From a virus: DNA of 64,000 nucleotides. The stretch covers positions 33,425 through 97,424 of IMG/VR virus record IMGVR_UViG_3300024344_003321, one strand, 5' to 3'. The notes under the pieces were generated by a model, which had not been told where the DNA came from, did not search any database, and saw only the letters and a program-made list of their open reading frames with translations. Below, one piece after another: positions 17,972 through 28,226 of the stretch; positions within the stretch are counted from its first letter, which is position 1, and every line of letters starts with the position of its first letter. The translations under genes were made by a program, and so were the position numbers.

Positions 17972-18166
17972 ATGGATAAAATGAAACTCACCTCAGTTAA
18001 GATTTTAAAATCGTTATATGATAAATTTAAACTTAAAACGGTTAATAGTAAAATGACATTACAAAAAATTACAAATAGGTCTTTATATATGTATCTCAAT
18101 GATGCTAAATTTAATGATGATGTAAATACAATGGATAAGTTAATAGTAAGTGGTAGTAATCTATAA
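17972..18166 (+). CDS. Small putative ribbon-helix-helix DNA-binding protein
   Basis: LTSVKI strand followed by two helices; AGGAG RBS; AT-alternating tract upstream. Confidence 0.5.
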   Translation: MDKMKLTSVKILKSLYDKFKLKTVNSKMTLQKITNRSLYMYLNDAKFNDDVNTMDKLIVSGSNL

Positions 18167-19558
18167 ATGGGAAAACAGATGAATAAAAAGAAAAAAATAC
18201 TATTTTTATCGGATGATATGCGAATGTTTAGTGGTGTTGCAGTCGTAAGTAAAGAATTGATTTTAGGGACAGTAGATACATTTGATTGGGTTCAAGTTGG
18301 GGCTGCAATAAAACATCCGGAAGAAAATAAAAAAATAGATATGTCGGATGTCATACGGGATATAACAGGTGTTCGAGATGCATCAGTAATGATTTATCCA
18401 ACAAGTGGTTATGGTAACCCAAATATGTTGCGTGAATTAATAAAAATAGAACAACCTGATGCTATTTTACACTTTACAGACCCTAGGTTTTGGATATGGT
18501 TATATGAAATGGAACATGAAGTTAGAACCAACATTCCTATATTTTATTATAATATATGGGACGATTTGCCAGACCCACATTATAATAGAGATTATTACAG
18601 GAGTTCTGATTTATTGATGTCAATATCAAAACAAACTTATGGTATTAATAAGCGAGTATTATCTGAGTATGGTTATAAAGATTGGCAACTTAAATATGTA
18701 CCACATGGTATCGACCATAAAAAATTTAATATAGTTGATAAAAATGACACAAAATTTAAAAAATTCCAAAATAAATTTGGGATAGATAAATACAAGTTTA
18801 AAGTATTATACTTGAATAGAAATATAAGACGAAAAAATCCAGGTGATGTGATTTTAGCGTATAAACACTTTATCGATTCATTACCAAAGGAAAAACGGGA
18901 TGAATGTGTTTTAATGTTTCACACTAACCCCGTTGATGACAATGGGACTGATTTAAAGGCAGTGCATACGGCATTAGCTAAGGACTGTAATGTTATTTTT
19001 ACTATGGATTATGACGGTACGGCATTCGATGACCAACAGATGAATTTTATATATAACTCGGCTGATGTGTATATAAATTTAGCATCAAATGAAGGGTTTG
19101 GATTAGGTTCGGCCGAATCATTGATGACAGGAACACCAATTGTTGTAAATGTTACAGGTGGGTTACAAGACCAATGTGGGTTCAAGGATGATAGTGGAAA
19201 TTATCTTACAGAAGATGATTATATATCATTGGGTTCAAATCATAGAGGCCAATATAAAGAACACGGTGAATGGGTAAAACCTGTGTTTCCAAGTAATATA
19301 AGTTTACAAGGGTCACCACTAACACCTTACATATTTGACGATAGAGCAAGTTATGAAGATGCTGGTGATGCATTGAAATACTGGTACGATGTTGGGTCAG
19401 ATAAACGAGGTCAATATGGTAAGTTGGGCCGTGAATATGTGTTGGATAATAGAATAGGTATGTCTGCAGAAAATATGTGTGGTAGGTTAGTTGAATCGAT
19501 AGAGCATTTATTTGAAAATTGGGTACCAAAAGATAAATTTATTTTGGAGGTTGTATGA
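18167..19558 (+). CDS. Glycosyltransferase, GT4-like
   Basis: VPHGID, NRNIRRK, SNEGFGLG..ESL..GTP. Confidence 0.9.
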   Translation: MGKQMNKKKKILFLSDDMRMFSGVAVVSKELILGTVDTFDWVQVGAAIKHPEENKKIDMSDVIRDITGVRDASVMIYPTSGYGNPNMLRELIKIEQPDAILHFTDPRFWIWLYEMEHEVRTNIPIFYYNIWDDLPDPHYNRDYYRSSDLLMSISKQTYGINKRVLSEYGYKDWQLKYVPHGIDHKKFNIVDKNDTKFKKFQNKFGIDKYKFKVLYLNRNIRRKNPGDVILAYKHFIDSLPKEKRDECVLMFHTNPVDDNGTDLKAVHTALAKDCNVIFTMDYDGTAFDDQQMNFIYNSADVYINLASNEGFGLGSAESLMTGTPIVVNVTGGLQDQCGFKDDSGNYLTEDDYISLGSNHRGQYKEHGEWVKPVFPSNISLQGSPLTPYIFDDRASYEDAGDALKYWYDVGSDKRGQYGKLGREYVLDNRIGMSAENMCGRLVESIEHLFENWVPKDKFILEVV

Positions 19559-20910
19559 TAAAAAAACAATTACTTTTATGTGCTCCAGTATCAACTAGGA
19601 GTGGTTATGGTAGTCATTCACGCGATGTATTTCATGCATTACATTTAGTGGATAAATATGATATTAAAATATTAGATGTACCGTGGGGCGACTGTCCACG
19701 CAATGCACTCGATGTTAACAATGAGAATGACAAATTGGTAATTGACAATATTATGGTAGAACCTGTTTTAAAAAGTCAACCAGATATTTATATTGATTTA
19801 AGAATACCAAATGAATTTCAAACTTATGGTAAGATAAATATCGGGTTTACTGCTGGGATAGAAACAAACGCAGTATCAGTTAAATGGATTGATGGGTGCA
19901 ATAAAATGGATTTGAATATTGTACCATCTGAGCATTCAAGGAGGTCATTTATGGATACTAAATTTGATAAAATGGAAGAACATCAAGGTCAAGGTAGTGT
20001 AAAAGTAGGTGAAATATCATTGGAAAAACCAATGGAAGTTGTATTTGAAGGTGTACATGATGACATATATAAAAAAATTAATGTAAGTGACATTGATAAA
20101 AATATTTTAGATAAAATAAATAATACGGTTAAAGAAGATTTTGCATTTTTATTCGTAGGGCAATGGGTCAAAGGTAATTATGGTGAGGATAGAAAGGATA
20201 TTTTTAAATTGATTAAATTATTCCTTGAGTCGTTTGCTAATAAAAAGAAACGGCCTGCACTTGTATTAAAAACAAGTGGAGCTTCATTTTCAATAATGGA
20301 TTATGAACGGACCATTGAAAATATAAAAAGCGTGAAATCGAAGTTTCCAAATGATTGGGAATTACCAAATATCTATTTGATGCATGGTGAATTATCAGAT
20401 GTAGAAATGAATTGTTTATATAATCATCCAAAAATAAAATCGTTGGTGACATTTACCCATGGTGAGGGTTTTGGGAGGCCACTACTCGAAGCTTCGATGG
20501 TAGGGTTGCCAGTCATAGCTTCAGGTTGGAGTGGTCAAATGGATTTTTTAGATAGCGATAGGTCATTGTTATTGCAAGGGAAATTAGAACAGATACCGAA
20601 GTCTGCTAGATGGAAGGATATATTGATAGATGAGAGTAAATGGTTTGTGATTGATGAAAATCATGCATATGATGCGTTAATAGATATGCATCAAAATTAC
20701 TTTGAATATAAGCGAAAAGCTGATGCTTTAATGAATATAAATAGAGAAAAATATACATTGAAAAAAATGTCTATATTACTTGATTCAATTATAACTAAAG
20801 CAACAGAGGGTGTTCCATCTGAAACAAAGTTAAAATTGCCTAAATTGAAAAAATTAAAAACAAATAACGATGAGAAATCATTGAAATTACCTAAATTAAA
20901 GAGAGTGTAA
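19555..20910 (+). CDS. Glycosyltransferase, GT4-like
   Basis: SGYG, FLFVG, DRK, GEGFGRPLLEA..GLPVI. Confidence 0.9.
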   Translation: MIKKQLLLCAPVSTRSGYGSHSRDVFHALHLVDKYDIKILDVPWGDCPRNALDVNNENDKLVIDNIMVEPVLKSQPDIYIDLRIPNEFQTYGKINIGFTAGIETNAVSVKWIDGCNKMDLNIVPSEHSRRSFMDTKFDKMEEHQGQGSVKVGEISLEKPMEVVFEGVHDDIYKKINVSDIDKNILDKINNTVKEDFAFLFVGQWVKGNYGEDRKDIFKLIKLFLESFANKKKRPALVLKTSGASFSIMDYERTIENIKSVKSKFPNDWELPNIYLMHGELSDVEMNCLYNHPKIKSLVTFTHGEGFGRPLLEASMVGLPVIASGWSGQMDFLDSDRSLLLQGKLEQIPKSARWKDILIDESKWFVIDENHAYDALIDMHQNYFEYKRKADALMNINREKYTLKKMSILLDSIITKATEGVPSETKLKLPKLKKLKTNNDEKSLKLPKLKRV

Positions 20911-20912
20911 GT

Positions 20913-21371
20913 ATGGAAATAAAAATAGATTGTACATTATGTAAAAGTAAACGGAGTATATTTTTACTACCAGAGGATAAATTAAAGACAATGCAATGTC
21001 TAAGTTGTGGGTATGCAAGTTCCGATAGATACTTAGGTGAGCAGGCAGAAAATGAAGTTTATAATTCATTGACATCTGAAATGAAGAAGATGGCTATATT
21101 TGAATCCAATCGAACTTGGGTACCATCTTTATTAACTTTGCCTGGAGGTGTATTGGCTCCAATCTATGTTGAGGATGTATTGTTCTGGTCAGTTGTTCCA
21201 GCAGTAGATATTCCTGAAGATGAACAAAAAAATTACCCTGATGGAAATGGTGGTTATTATGAACGAAAATATGATAATAACAATACACAATTATTTAATA
21301 AATTCGCTGAAGCATTAAAGGAAGTTACTACCAATACAGCTTCTGAACCAAAATTAAATTTACCCGATTAA
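20913..21371 (+). CDS. Hypothetical protein with N-terminal zinc ribbon
   Basis: CTLC...CLSCGY. Confidence 0.6.
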   Translation: MEIKIDCTLCKSKRSIFLLPEDKLKTMQCLSCGYASSDRYLGEQAENEVYNSLTSEMKKMAIFESNRTWVPSLLTLPGGVLAPIYVEDVLFWSVVPAVDIPEDEQKNYPDGNGGYYERKYDNNNTQLFNKFAEALKEVTTNTASEPKLNLPD

Positions 21372-21376
21372 TACTG

Positions 21377-21973
21377 ATGGCAAATAAAAAATTAAATCAT
21401 AATCGTAGGATATTGGGTAGAGAAGGTATTGCTAAATATGATTTAGTCCCAGGTATGATTATAAATTTTAATTATTCTAAACCAAATGTGCAAGATAAAA
21501 ATCCACTCGTATTATTGTTGGGTGTGGATAATACAACTAATTCAATACATTGCATTAATTTTAATTATTTATATGAGGCCGATGTCCAACATTTATTTGA
21601 TGCAATAAGTAAGCGAGTTAATGTGCAGGTCAGTGATGTGAGTGGTCAAATGAAGTCCACGATTACTGATGGTGGTGTAGCTCATATAGATTATTCTAAT
21701 AAAGTTGATACATATAAATTATATGAACTCGTTATAAAACCTACATTGATGATTAAACCAAGGACAAAAAATTGCTATAGGACATATAAAATATCCAATA
21801 TTCGTAATTTATCGTTAATTAATTATAGATTTGATGTTATAGAGAAAAAAGCCCGTAAAGATGCTAACCTCACTAATTATGCATTAAAATCTGCAGAATT
21901 ATTTAAAGCGTTAATTGAACAGGAAATGGAAGTGCAGACGGATAATGTTCCTCCATCATATAAGGATAAATAA
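21377..21973 (+). CDS. Hypothetical protein, possibly DNA end-protector (gp2)-like
   Basis: GMIINFNY..DKNPLV..INFNYL..CYRTY pattern, weakly reminiscent of T4 gp2. Confidence 0.35.
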   Translation: MANKKLNHNRRILGREGIAKYDLVPGMIINFNYSKPNVQDKNPLVLLLGVDNTTNSIHCINFNYLYEADVQHLFDAISKRVNVQVSDVSGQMKSTITDGGVAHIDYSNKVDTYKLYELVIKPTLMIKPRTKNCYRTYKISNIRNLSLINYRFDVIEKKARKDANLTNYALKSAELFKALIEQEMEVQTDNVPPSYKDK

Positions 21974-21975
21974 AA

Positions 21976-22494
21976 ATGAAAATATCATACGCTATATTAA
22001 CACATAATGAAACACAATCCTTAATGGATTTAATTAATTTCCTTGTGGAATATAAGGATGATGAGGATGAAATTATAATACTCGATGATTATTCGGATAA
22101 TGAAGAAACGAAAAAAATATTGGACGCTACAGTTTCAGTTTATGATATTATATTTGAACAACGGCATTTATTAGGTGATTTTGCGGGTCAAAAAAATCAT
22201 TTAAAAAATATGTGTTCTGGTGATTATATTTTTAATTTAGATGCTGATGAACTCCCACATAAAAAACTTATAAAATCATTAAAACCAATATTAGAAGCAA
22301 ATCCGGCAGTTGATTTATACTGGGTACCGAGAATTAATACAGTAGAGGGTATAACACAAGAACATATACTTGCATGGCATTGGAGTATAGGACATTTAGA
22401 TAGTATGAAACATACTAAAGTATTAGACACAAATTCGGATGAATATAAATTATTGGAAAAATATAATTTAATTATTGAAGAAAAAGATGTTTAA
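21976..22494 (+). CDS. GT2 glycosyltransferase, N-terminal fragment of a split gene
   Basis: ISYAILTHNE, LDDYS, DFAGQKN, FNLDADE (DxD), VPRINTV; stops before the usual C-terminal motifs. Confidence 0.85.
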   Translation: MKISYAILTHNETQSLMDLINFLVEYKDDEDEIIILDDYSDNEETKKILDATVSVYDIIFEQRHLLGDFAGQKNHLKNMCSGDYIFNLDADELPHKKLIKSLKPILEANPAVDLYWVPRINTVEGITQEHILAWHWSIGHLDSMKHTKVLDTNSDEYKLLEKYNLIIEEKDV

Positions 22495-22537
22495 TTCTAT
22501 ATTTATATTAGGTACTAATTGTCAGGGAAGGATTTAT

Positions 22538-23353
22538 ATGAATAGACAATGGAAAAGAAATTGTCCAGAATGTAATAAAGAAATTACTTATACTCAAAAA
22601 TATAGTAGAGATGATGCTGAACAAAAAAACAGAAAATGTCAGAAATGTGGATGTGGTTGGTCTAAAGGATTAACCAAAGATACTTCACCTTCATTGATGG
22701 GAATGAGTAAAAAAGTTTCTAAAGCTATGGTAGAATATAGAAAAACGGCACCACCGTGGAATAAAGGATTGACTCGTGAAACTAATGAAATATTAGCTAA
22801 AATGGGTGACAATCATAAAGGATTTGTACATACTGAAAATACGAAAAAACTAATATCTAAAGCTTCTATTGAGCATTGGAAAGATACTGAATATAGGGAA
22901 AAAGTTATAAAAAACGCTACAATAGGAATAAGAAAAGCATATGCTGAGGGTAGAGTAAAATATCCTATAAATAGAGATACTAAACCAGAATTAGCAGTGA
23001 TGGGAGTGTTGGATGATATGGAAATAAAATATATAAAACAATATCCTATTTGGTCATCTTATCCCAGAACTGAAAAGACTGTTAGATTTTACGATTTTTA
23101 TTTAACAGATTATAATAAAATAATTGAAGTACATGGTGATTACTGGCACGCTAATCCAACTAAATATTTAGATAGAAATAATTTATCACAAATACAAAAA
23201 GAAACGGTTGTAAATGATGCAGACAAAGTTAAAAGAGCTATGGATGTTGGAAAGGAAGTTTTTGTTATTTGGGAAGAACATACAAAAGATAAAGAGGTGT
23301 TATATGAAAAAATTAGTTACATTTTACAAACCACTAATAAATTGGCCACATGA
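22538..23353 (+). mobile_element. Free-standing homing endonuclease (zinc finger + NUMOD3-like repeats + Vsr/DUF559-like nuclease)
   Basis: CPEC..CQKC, PWNKGLT, HTENTKKLIS, YDFYL...IEVHGDYWH...D..K..A...IWE; own RBS (GGAAGG) before ATG 22538. Confidence 0.82.
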
Positions 23354-23546
23354 TTATCAGGGTAGGATTTGGAAAAACAGACCAAATATCAGATGGGAAA
23401 AACCAGTCCACGAAACTTTGGTTGGTTATAAAGAGTATTCACATTTACCAGCTCAAGATGAATTTGCAATATATCACCATAAGGACATAAAACGCCAAGA
23501 ACAGCAGAATGAAAAATATTATAACATTATAAATGATAAAAATTAA
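23304..23546 (+). CDS. GT2 glycosyltransferase, C-terminal fragment of a split gene
   Basis: INWP.DYQGRI, W..PVHE, IYH.K...RQ..QN..Y complete the GT2 fold; GAGGTG Shine-Dalgarno before ATG 23304. Confidence 0.75.
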   Translation: MKKLVTFYKPLINWPHDYQGRIWKNRPNIRWEKPVHETLVGYKEYSHLPAQDEFAIYHHKDIKRQEQQNEKYYNIINDKN

Positions 23547-24558
23547 ATTATTAGAAAAAAATATACATCGGAACGAAACTACATTTAGACCATTTATTTT
23601 TGCTCAAAATTATTTAAAGGAAATAGGGATTGAGTTTACAGATGGCGATTCGTATGATTATGCATGGGTCGGTCAAGCAAGCATTATAGATAAAAAAAAA
23701 TCACTTAAGGAATCAATAGACGGTGGGTTGGAATTTATTTCAAGGATAACTGGTGATTACATGATAATTGACGGGCAGGATTCTACATCTTTAATTGGAG
23801 CTATTGATGTGTTTAGGGAATCTAATGCTAAGCTATTTCTTAAAAATTCATATCTTAAAGATTTTGATTTGTATAAAAAAGGTTGGGCAAATGGTAGAAT
23901 GTATTGGGGTATAGGTGAATATTCAGTCCCTGATATTGATATGATGAAGTCAAAAATGAAGTTATCTGGATGCAATTGGTTATCAACAATTCAACCGAAT
24001 TGGTATGATTATAAACACATAGAAAAAAAATATGATATATCTTGTATGTTTGGATTTCCAACAAAAACCAAAGTATATGAACATGAATTATGCCAAACGG
24101 ATTATTATGATAAGCATAGAAAGGAATTACTGAACATATTAGGTGATAAATATAATATTGCAAAATTAGATGGTGGTAAGCGTGTATCGCAGAATGAGTA
24201 TTATAAAAAAATGTATAGCTCAAAAATAATAATGGCACCATATGGTTATGGTGAAATGGCACCAAGAGATTTAGAATCTGCTATGTTTGGTAGTGTATTA
24301 GTAAAACCAGATTTAAGTTATATAGAAACTGTACCAAATATTTATCTTGATTCATATAGCTATATTTCCGTAACTTATGATTGGTCGAATATTATAGAAA
24401 AAATTGATATGATATTAGCTGATTATGAAAATATAAGGGAACGATTAGTTAAAAATATGAGAAATGAATTTGATAGAGCAAATAATTATGAGAATTTTGC
24501 AGTACATCTGTATAATATATTTAGTCAATTAGAGGGGGTGAGTGTTGAATATGCGTAA
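23533..24558 (+). CDS. Putative glycosyltransferase (GT-B C-terminal motif)
   Basis: YYKKMYSSKIIMAPYGYGE..RDLESAMFGSVLV. Confidence 0.65.
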   Translation: MIKIKLLEKNIHRNETTFRPFIFAQNYLKEIGIEFTDGDSYDYAWVGQASIIDKKKSLKESIDGGLEFISRITGDYMIIDGQDSTSLIGAIDVFRESNAKLFLKNSYLKDFDLYKKGWANGRMYWGIGEYSVPDIDMMKSKMKLSGCNWLSTIQPNWYDYKHIEKKYDISCMFGFPTKTKVYEHELCQTDYYDKHRKELLNILGDKYNIAKLDGGKRVSQNEYYKKMYSSKIIMAPYGYGEMAPRDLESAMFGSVLVKPDLSYIETVPNIYLDSYSYISVTYDWSNIIEKIDMILADYENIRERLVKNMRNEFDRANNYENFAVHLYNIFSQLEGVSVEYA

Positions 24559-25561
24559 ATTAATAGTATTTGGGCCATGGTGTGGTGAGTTTTGTTATGA
24601 ATTAAGTTGGTGGATTCCTGAAATTAGAAAAATAAAGAATGATAATTATTCAGATTGGGATGCAATAGCTGTTGGTTTCAATGGTCGTCAAGTTTTATAT
24701 GAGGATTTTACTATTGGTTATATATCATATCCAAAAGATGTTGATGATAAATTATTATATCCTGCTACTTACGGTGAGCATATAGCGGGTGGTGGTGATG
24801 TAGTACCAGATTTTTTAATAGATTTTGTCAACGAAAAATTAAATTCTATTAAAGATAATTATGACCATATAGAAGTATATTATCCAGGGATTTATCCAAT
24901 AACAGCAGAGCGAACTTTATCAGAGCAACCATATGGGATTTATAAACATTATACTGCATCACCAAGAATATATAATAAAATAAGAACACAACTAAATGAT
25001 TATTTTGATAATGATAGGAAAACTATTGCAATAATGGCTCGTATTCGGACACGATATGGCAATACATGTAAACTCGATTGGAACCCAACTCATTGGGAAA
25101 CATTAGTGGATATGATTATAAATAAATTGCATGTTAATGTTGTGATGATAGGTATAGCTAGGAAGCCGGATAGTAGTGCAGGCGGGGGCTTGACATTGTC
25201 AGATACAGAGGTATATGAGAAAAATAAAGATTATATTATGCCAATATCATTTAGTGGAGCTGATTCAGTTGAAGAACAGATTGCTTTATTACAATTAACA
25301 GAATGTAGTATATATGGCTCATCAGGGACAGCAGTGTTCCCATTTTTTATAAAAGATGCACCTTCATTTACTCAGCAGACTGTTGAGGAAGGATATAGAT
25401 TAAAATTTAAATGGGAAAGAGAATTAACAAATAATTTAAAAAATATCAAAGTGTTTGATAAATATAATAATTTTGATATTTATGATTCCTCACCTGAGGA
25501 GTTATTCGATGAATTTAAACGGTTTTATGAAAAAATAGATGAAGGATTATGCTATGAATAA
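24551..25561 (+). CDS. Putative glycosyltransferase (GT9-like)
   Basis: GPWCGEF.YEL N-terminus, W..THW, EQIALL...YGSSG; glycan-island context. Confidence 0.45.
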   Translation: MRKLIVFGPWCGEFCYELSWWIPEIRKIKNDNYSDWDAIAVGFNGRQVLYEDFTIGYISYPKDVDDKLLYPATYGEHIAGGGDVVPDFLIDFVNEKLNSIKDNYDHIEVYYPGIYPITAERTLSEQPYGIYKHYTASPRIYNKIRTQLNDYFDNDRKTIAIMARIRTRYGNTCKLDWNPTHWETLVDMIINKLHVNVVMIGIARKPDSSAGGGLTLSDTEVYEKNKDYIMPISFSGADSVEEQIALLQLTECSIYGSSGTAVFPFFIKDAPSFTQQTVEEGYRLKFKWERELTNNLKNIKVFDKYNNFDIYDSSPEELFDEFKRFYEKIDEGLCYE

Positions 25562-26669
25562 GTTAGATATACGCGAAAATATGTTACCCGTATTAGGCCC
25601 CCAGGGCGGGTTAGAAGAAGTATCTGCTATACAGCAGGTGATTGAAAGTGGTTGGTGGGGTAAAGGGCCAAAAGTTGCTGAATTTGAAGAAAAGTTTGCT
25701 AAAATGGTTGGACATAAATATGCTATAGCTGTTACAAGTGCATCACACGGCCAAGATTTGGTTATGAAGGCAATGGGCTGGAAAGGAATTGATGTAATCA
25801 ATCCGGCAATATCATTTATTGCAACTGCTATTATACCTCTTTGGAATGGTTTTACTTCAAATATTGTTGATGTTAAACGAGATACATTATGTATAGACCC
25901 AGAAGATGTTAGAAAATATAAAAAACCAAATAGTGAATTATTAATAGCTGTAAATCAAGCAGGAGTCCCAGCTGATTACAGAGAATTACGAAAAGTATTT
26001 GATGGGTTTATACTTGAAGATACTGCACATAGCTGCTGGACACCTGGTGCAGGACTCGGTGGTGATTGTGCTGTTTGGTCATTTCAAGCAGTTAAGACTA
26101 TGCCAATGGGGGATGGTGGCATGATTACAACAGATGATAAACAGCTCGCTGATAAATGTAGGGAGATGACTTGGTTTGGTGTTTCATCGACATGGAGTAG
26201 AAGTCAAGGTGCAAGTGGGAAGCCTGGATACGCTTGGGATTATCAAGTTGATATTCTTGGGTATAAATATTATATGATTGACATATTAGCTGCTATTGGG
26301 TTAGAGCAGATGAAGAAATTACCTAAACATTTAGAATTTAGGAGACATATACAATCAAGATATAATAAAGAATTAAACCCATTAATTGAAAGACCACCAC
26401 ATTCAGAAACGGTGCAATACTATGTAGCAAGAGTCCCATCGGAGCATAGAGATAGTTTAATTGATTATTTGGGTAATAAAAAAATACATACTTCTGTTCA
26501 TTTCAAACCATTATATAAATATGGTCCAATTGTGCATGATAGGGAATACCCAGTATGTGAAACTGAATGGACAAAATTAATATCATTACCATGCCATAAC
26601 AGAATGAAGGAAGAAGATATTGATTATGTTGTGTATTGGGTGAATAAATATTTTGAGGATAAGGTTTAA
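25554..26669 (+). CDS. DegT/DnrJ/EryC1/StrS sugar aminotransferase
   Basis: GPKVAEFE, EDTAH, SFQAVK (catalytic Lys), GDGG, SLP. Confidence 0.92.
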   Translation: MNKLDIRENMLPVLGPQGGLEEVSAIQQVIESGWWGKGPKVAEFEEKFAKMVGHKYAIAVTSASHGQDLVMKAMGWKGIDVINPAISFIATAIIPLWNGFTSNIVDVKRDTLCIDPEDVRKYKKPNSELLIAVNQAGVPADYRELRKVFDGFILEDTAHSCWTPGAGLGGDCAVWSFQAVKTMPMGDGGMITTDDKQLADKCREMTWFGVSSTWSRSQGASGKPGYAWDYQVDILGYKYYMIDILAAIGLEQMKKLPKHLEFRRHIQSRYNKELNPLIERPPHSETVQYYVARVPSEHRDSLIDYLGNKKIHTSVHFKPLYKYGPIVHDREYPVCETEWTKLISLPCHNRMKEEDIDYVVYWVNKYFEDKV

Positions 26670-26673
26670 TAAT

Positions 26674-27525
26674 ATGTATTTAGACAAATATACAATACAG
26701 GGAACTATAAATAATGATGCAAATCCTTGTTTTCATAATCCTAATACTTTTCCTGATTTTCAAGTTAAATTAGAACAATTTAAAAATCATTTAACGGGGT
26801 TAGTTGATAATAAAGAATCTAAAACTTTTTATAAATTTGGTGATGGAGATTATTACTTTTTAAAGAGAGTGGGAGTGGGTAGTGCATCTCCTGGCAAACG
26901 AGCTTTAAGTAAGTCATATTCTGATATTAATCACAATGAATTTGTCGAAGGTTCAAAATTAAATGATTATTATACTTGTGAGATATATCCTGAAAATGTT
27001 AGTAAATTTAAAGAAATAATACCTAACACGAATATAGATTATCCTGCAGAATATGGTTATGGGTTGGTTGCTAATAAATGGTTTTTTGAAAAATTTAATG
27101 GTAAAATTGGATTAATTGGGGCCAGTGAAAAGTTATATTTAATTGAAGAACTACTGCAACATGATAGGTATAAAGAGTATTTGGGTTTGGACCGTTTTAA
27201 TGATTATATACATTTCCCTCAAAAATATGCTTGTGATGATATTAAAATGGTAGAAGAATTTGTTGGTAATCAATTAAAGCAATCTGATTCTAACATATTC
27301 TTATTGGGAATAGGTCATGCTAAATCAGCCATACTACACAAATTTAAAAAATACACGAACGCTGTTTTTATGGATGTTGGTGCAGGTATAGATATGATAG
27401 CTGGTTGTATCAATGTAAACAGACCTTATGCAGGTGACTGGACAAATTATAGACTTAACAATTACGATTATTCAAAAATCGATTATTTAAAATACATAGG
27501 TGCAGGTAAGGAGGTAGTTTTATAA
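26674..27525 (+). CDS. GT-D-fold-like putative glycosyltransferase
   Basis: YKFGDGDY (RFGDGE-like), LGIGHAK, MDVG. Confidence 0.5.
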   Translation: MYLDKYTIQGTINNDANPCFHNPNTFPDFQVKLEQFKNHLTGLVDNKESKTFYKFGDGDYYFLKRVGVGSASPGKRALSKSYSDINHNEFVEGSKLNDYYTCEIYPENVSKFKEIIPNTNIDYPAEYGYGLVANKWFFEKFNGKIGLIGASEKLYLIEELLQHDRYKEYLGLDRFNDYIHFPQKYACDDIKMVEEFVGNQLKQSDSNIFLLGIGHAKSAILHKFKKYTNAVFMDVGAGIDMIAGCINVNRPYAGDWTNYRLNNYDYSKIDYLKYIGAGKEVVL

Positions 27526-28226
27526 TGAATATATATATTTTAACATCAGATAAAAGTAATTTTGTGATAAAAGCTTTACAATATTGCATAAATAAATTTT
27601 GGAAACCCAATCCTAAAGTTTTTATATTGGGGTATAAAGAACCAGCTGTAAAACTTGAAAAAAACTTTACTTTTGTTTCATTAGGTGAGGATAGAGGTCC
27701 AGAACATGTTGGGGGTGACTTAATCAGATTTTTTTCAAAAATAAAAGATAAACATTTTATTTTTTCAGTTGATGATTTTTTACCTATTAGGAAAGTAAAT
27801 AAAAAAATGTTAACACATTTAAAACAAAAAATGAGGTTAGATTCAGTTGGTAGAATTTCTTTAACAGACCAAGTTAGTGATAAACAGCATAGTGTAGTTG
27901 AACAACTTGAGCAATATAATATAATAGAAATGGCTCAGAATGCGAATTACAGAAAATCAGCAGTATGGTCATTGTGGTCTAAAGAATATTTTTTAAAATA
28001 TCTTAATCCTAAGATGACATTATGGCAATGGGAATTGGATGAGAGGTGTAAAGGTGATGGTATTCGTATTTTAGGAACTAATACCACATTTATTATGCAA
28101 TCATGCCATTTATTTAAGCGGGGTAAGTTAAAAGCAGATTGGGTAACGGATAGCGAAAGTGATGATGTCATGTTTGAAAAAGACCAAAAAGTAGTTTCTG
28201 AAATAATAGGTATTGTGAATGAGTAA
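27525..28226 (+). CDS. Putative GT-A-like glycosyltransferase / hypothetical
   Basis: ILTSD, VDDFL, SLWSKEY, LWQWE; island context. Confidence 0.45.
   Translation: MNIYILTSDKSNFVIKALQYCINKFWKPNPKVFILGYKEPAVKLEKNFTFVSLGEDRGPEHVGGDLIRFFSKIKDKHFIFSVDDFLPIRKVNKKMLTHLKQKMRLDSVGRISLTDQVSDKQHSVVEQLEQYNIIEMAQNANYRKSAVWSLWSKEYFLKYLNPKMTLWQWELDERCKGDGIRILGTNTTFIMQSCHLFKRGKLKADWVTDSESDDVMFEKDQKVVSEIIGIVNE

Noticed and set aside
22495-23353. Group I intron or intein in the GT2 gene
   Set aside because: Flanking non-coding space is too short, the upstream half ends in a stop codon, and no intein terminal residues are in frame
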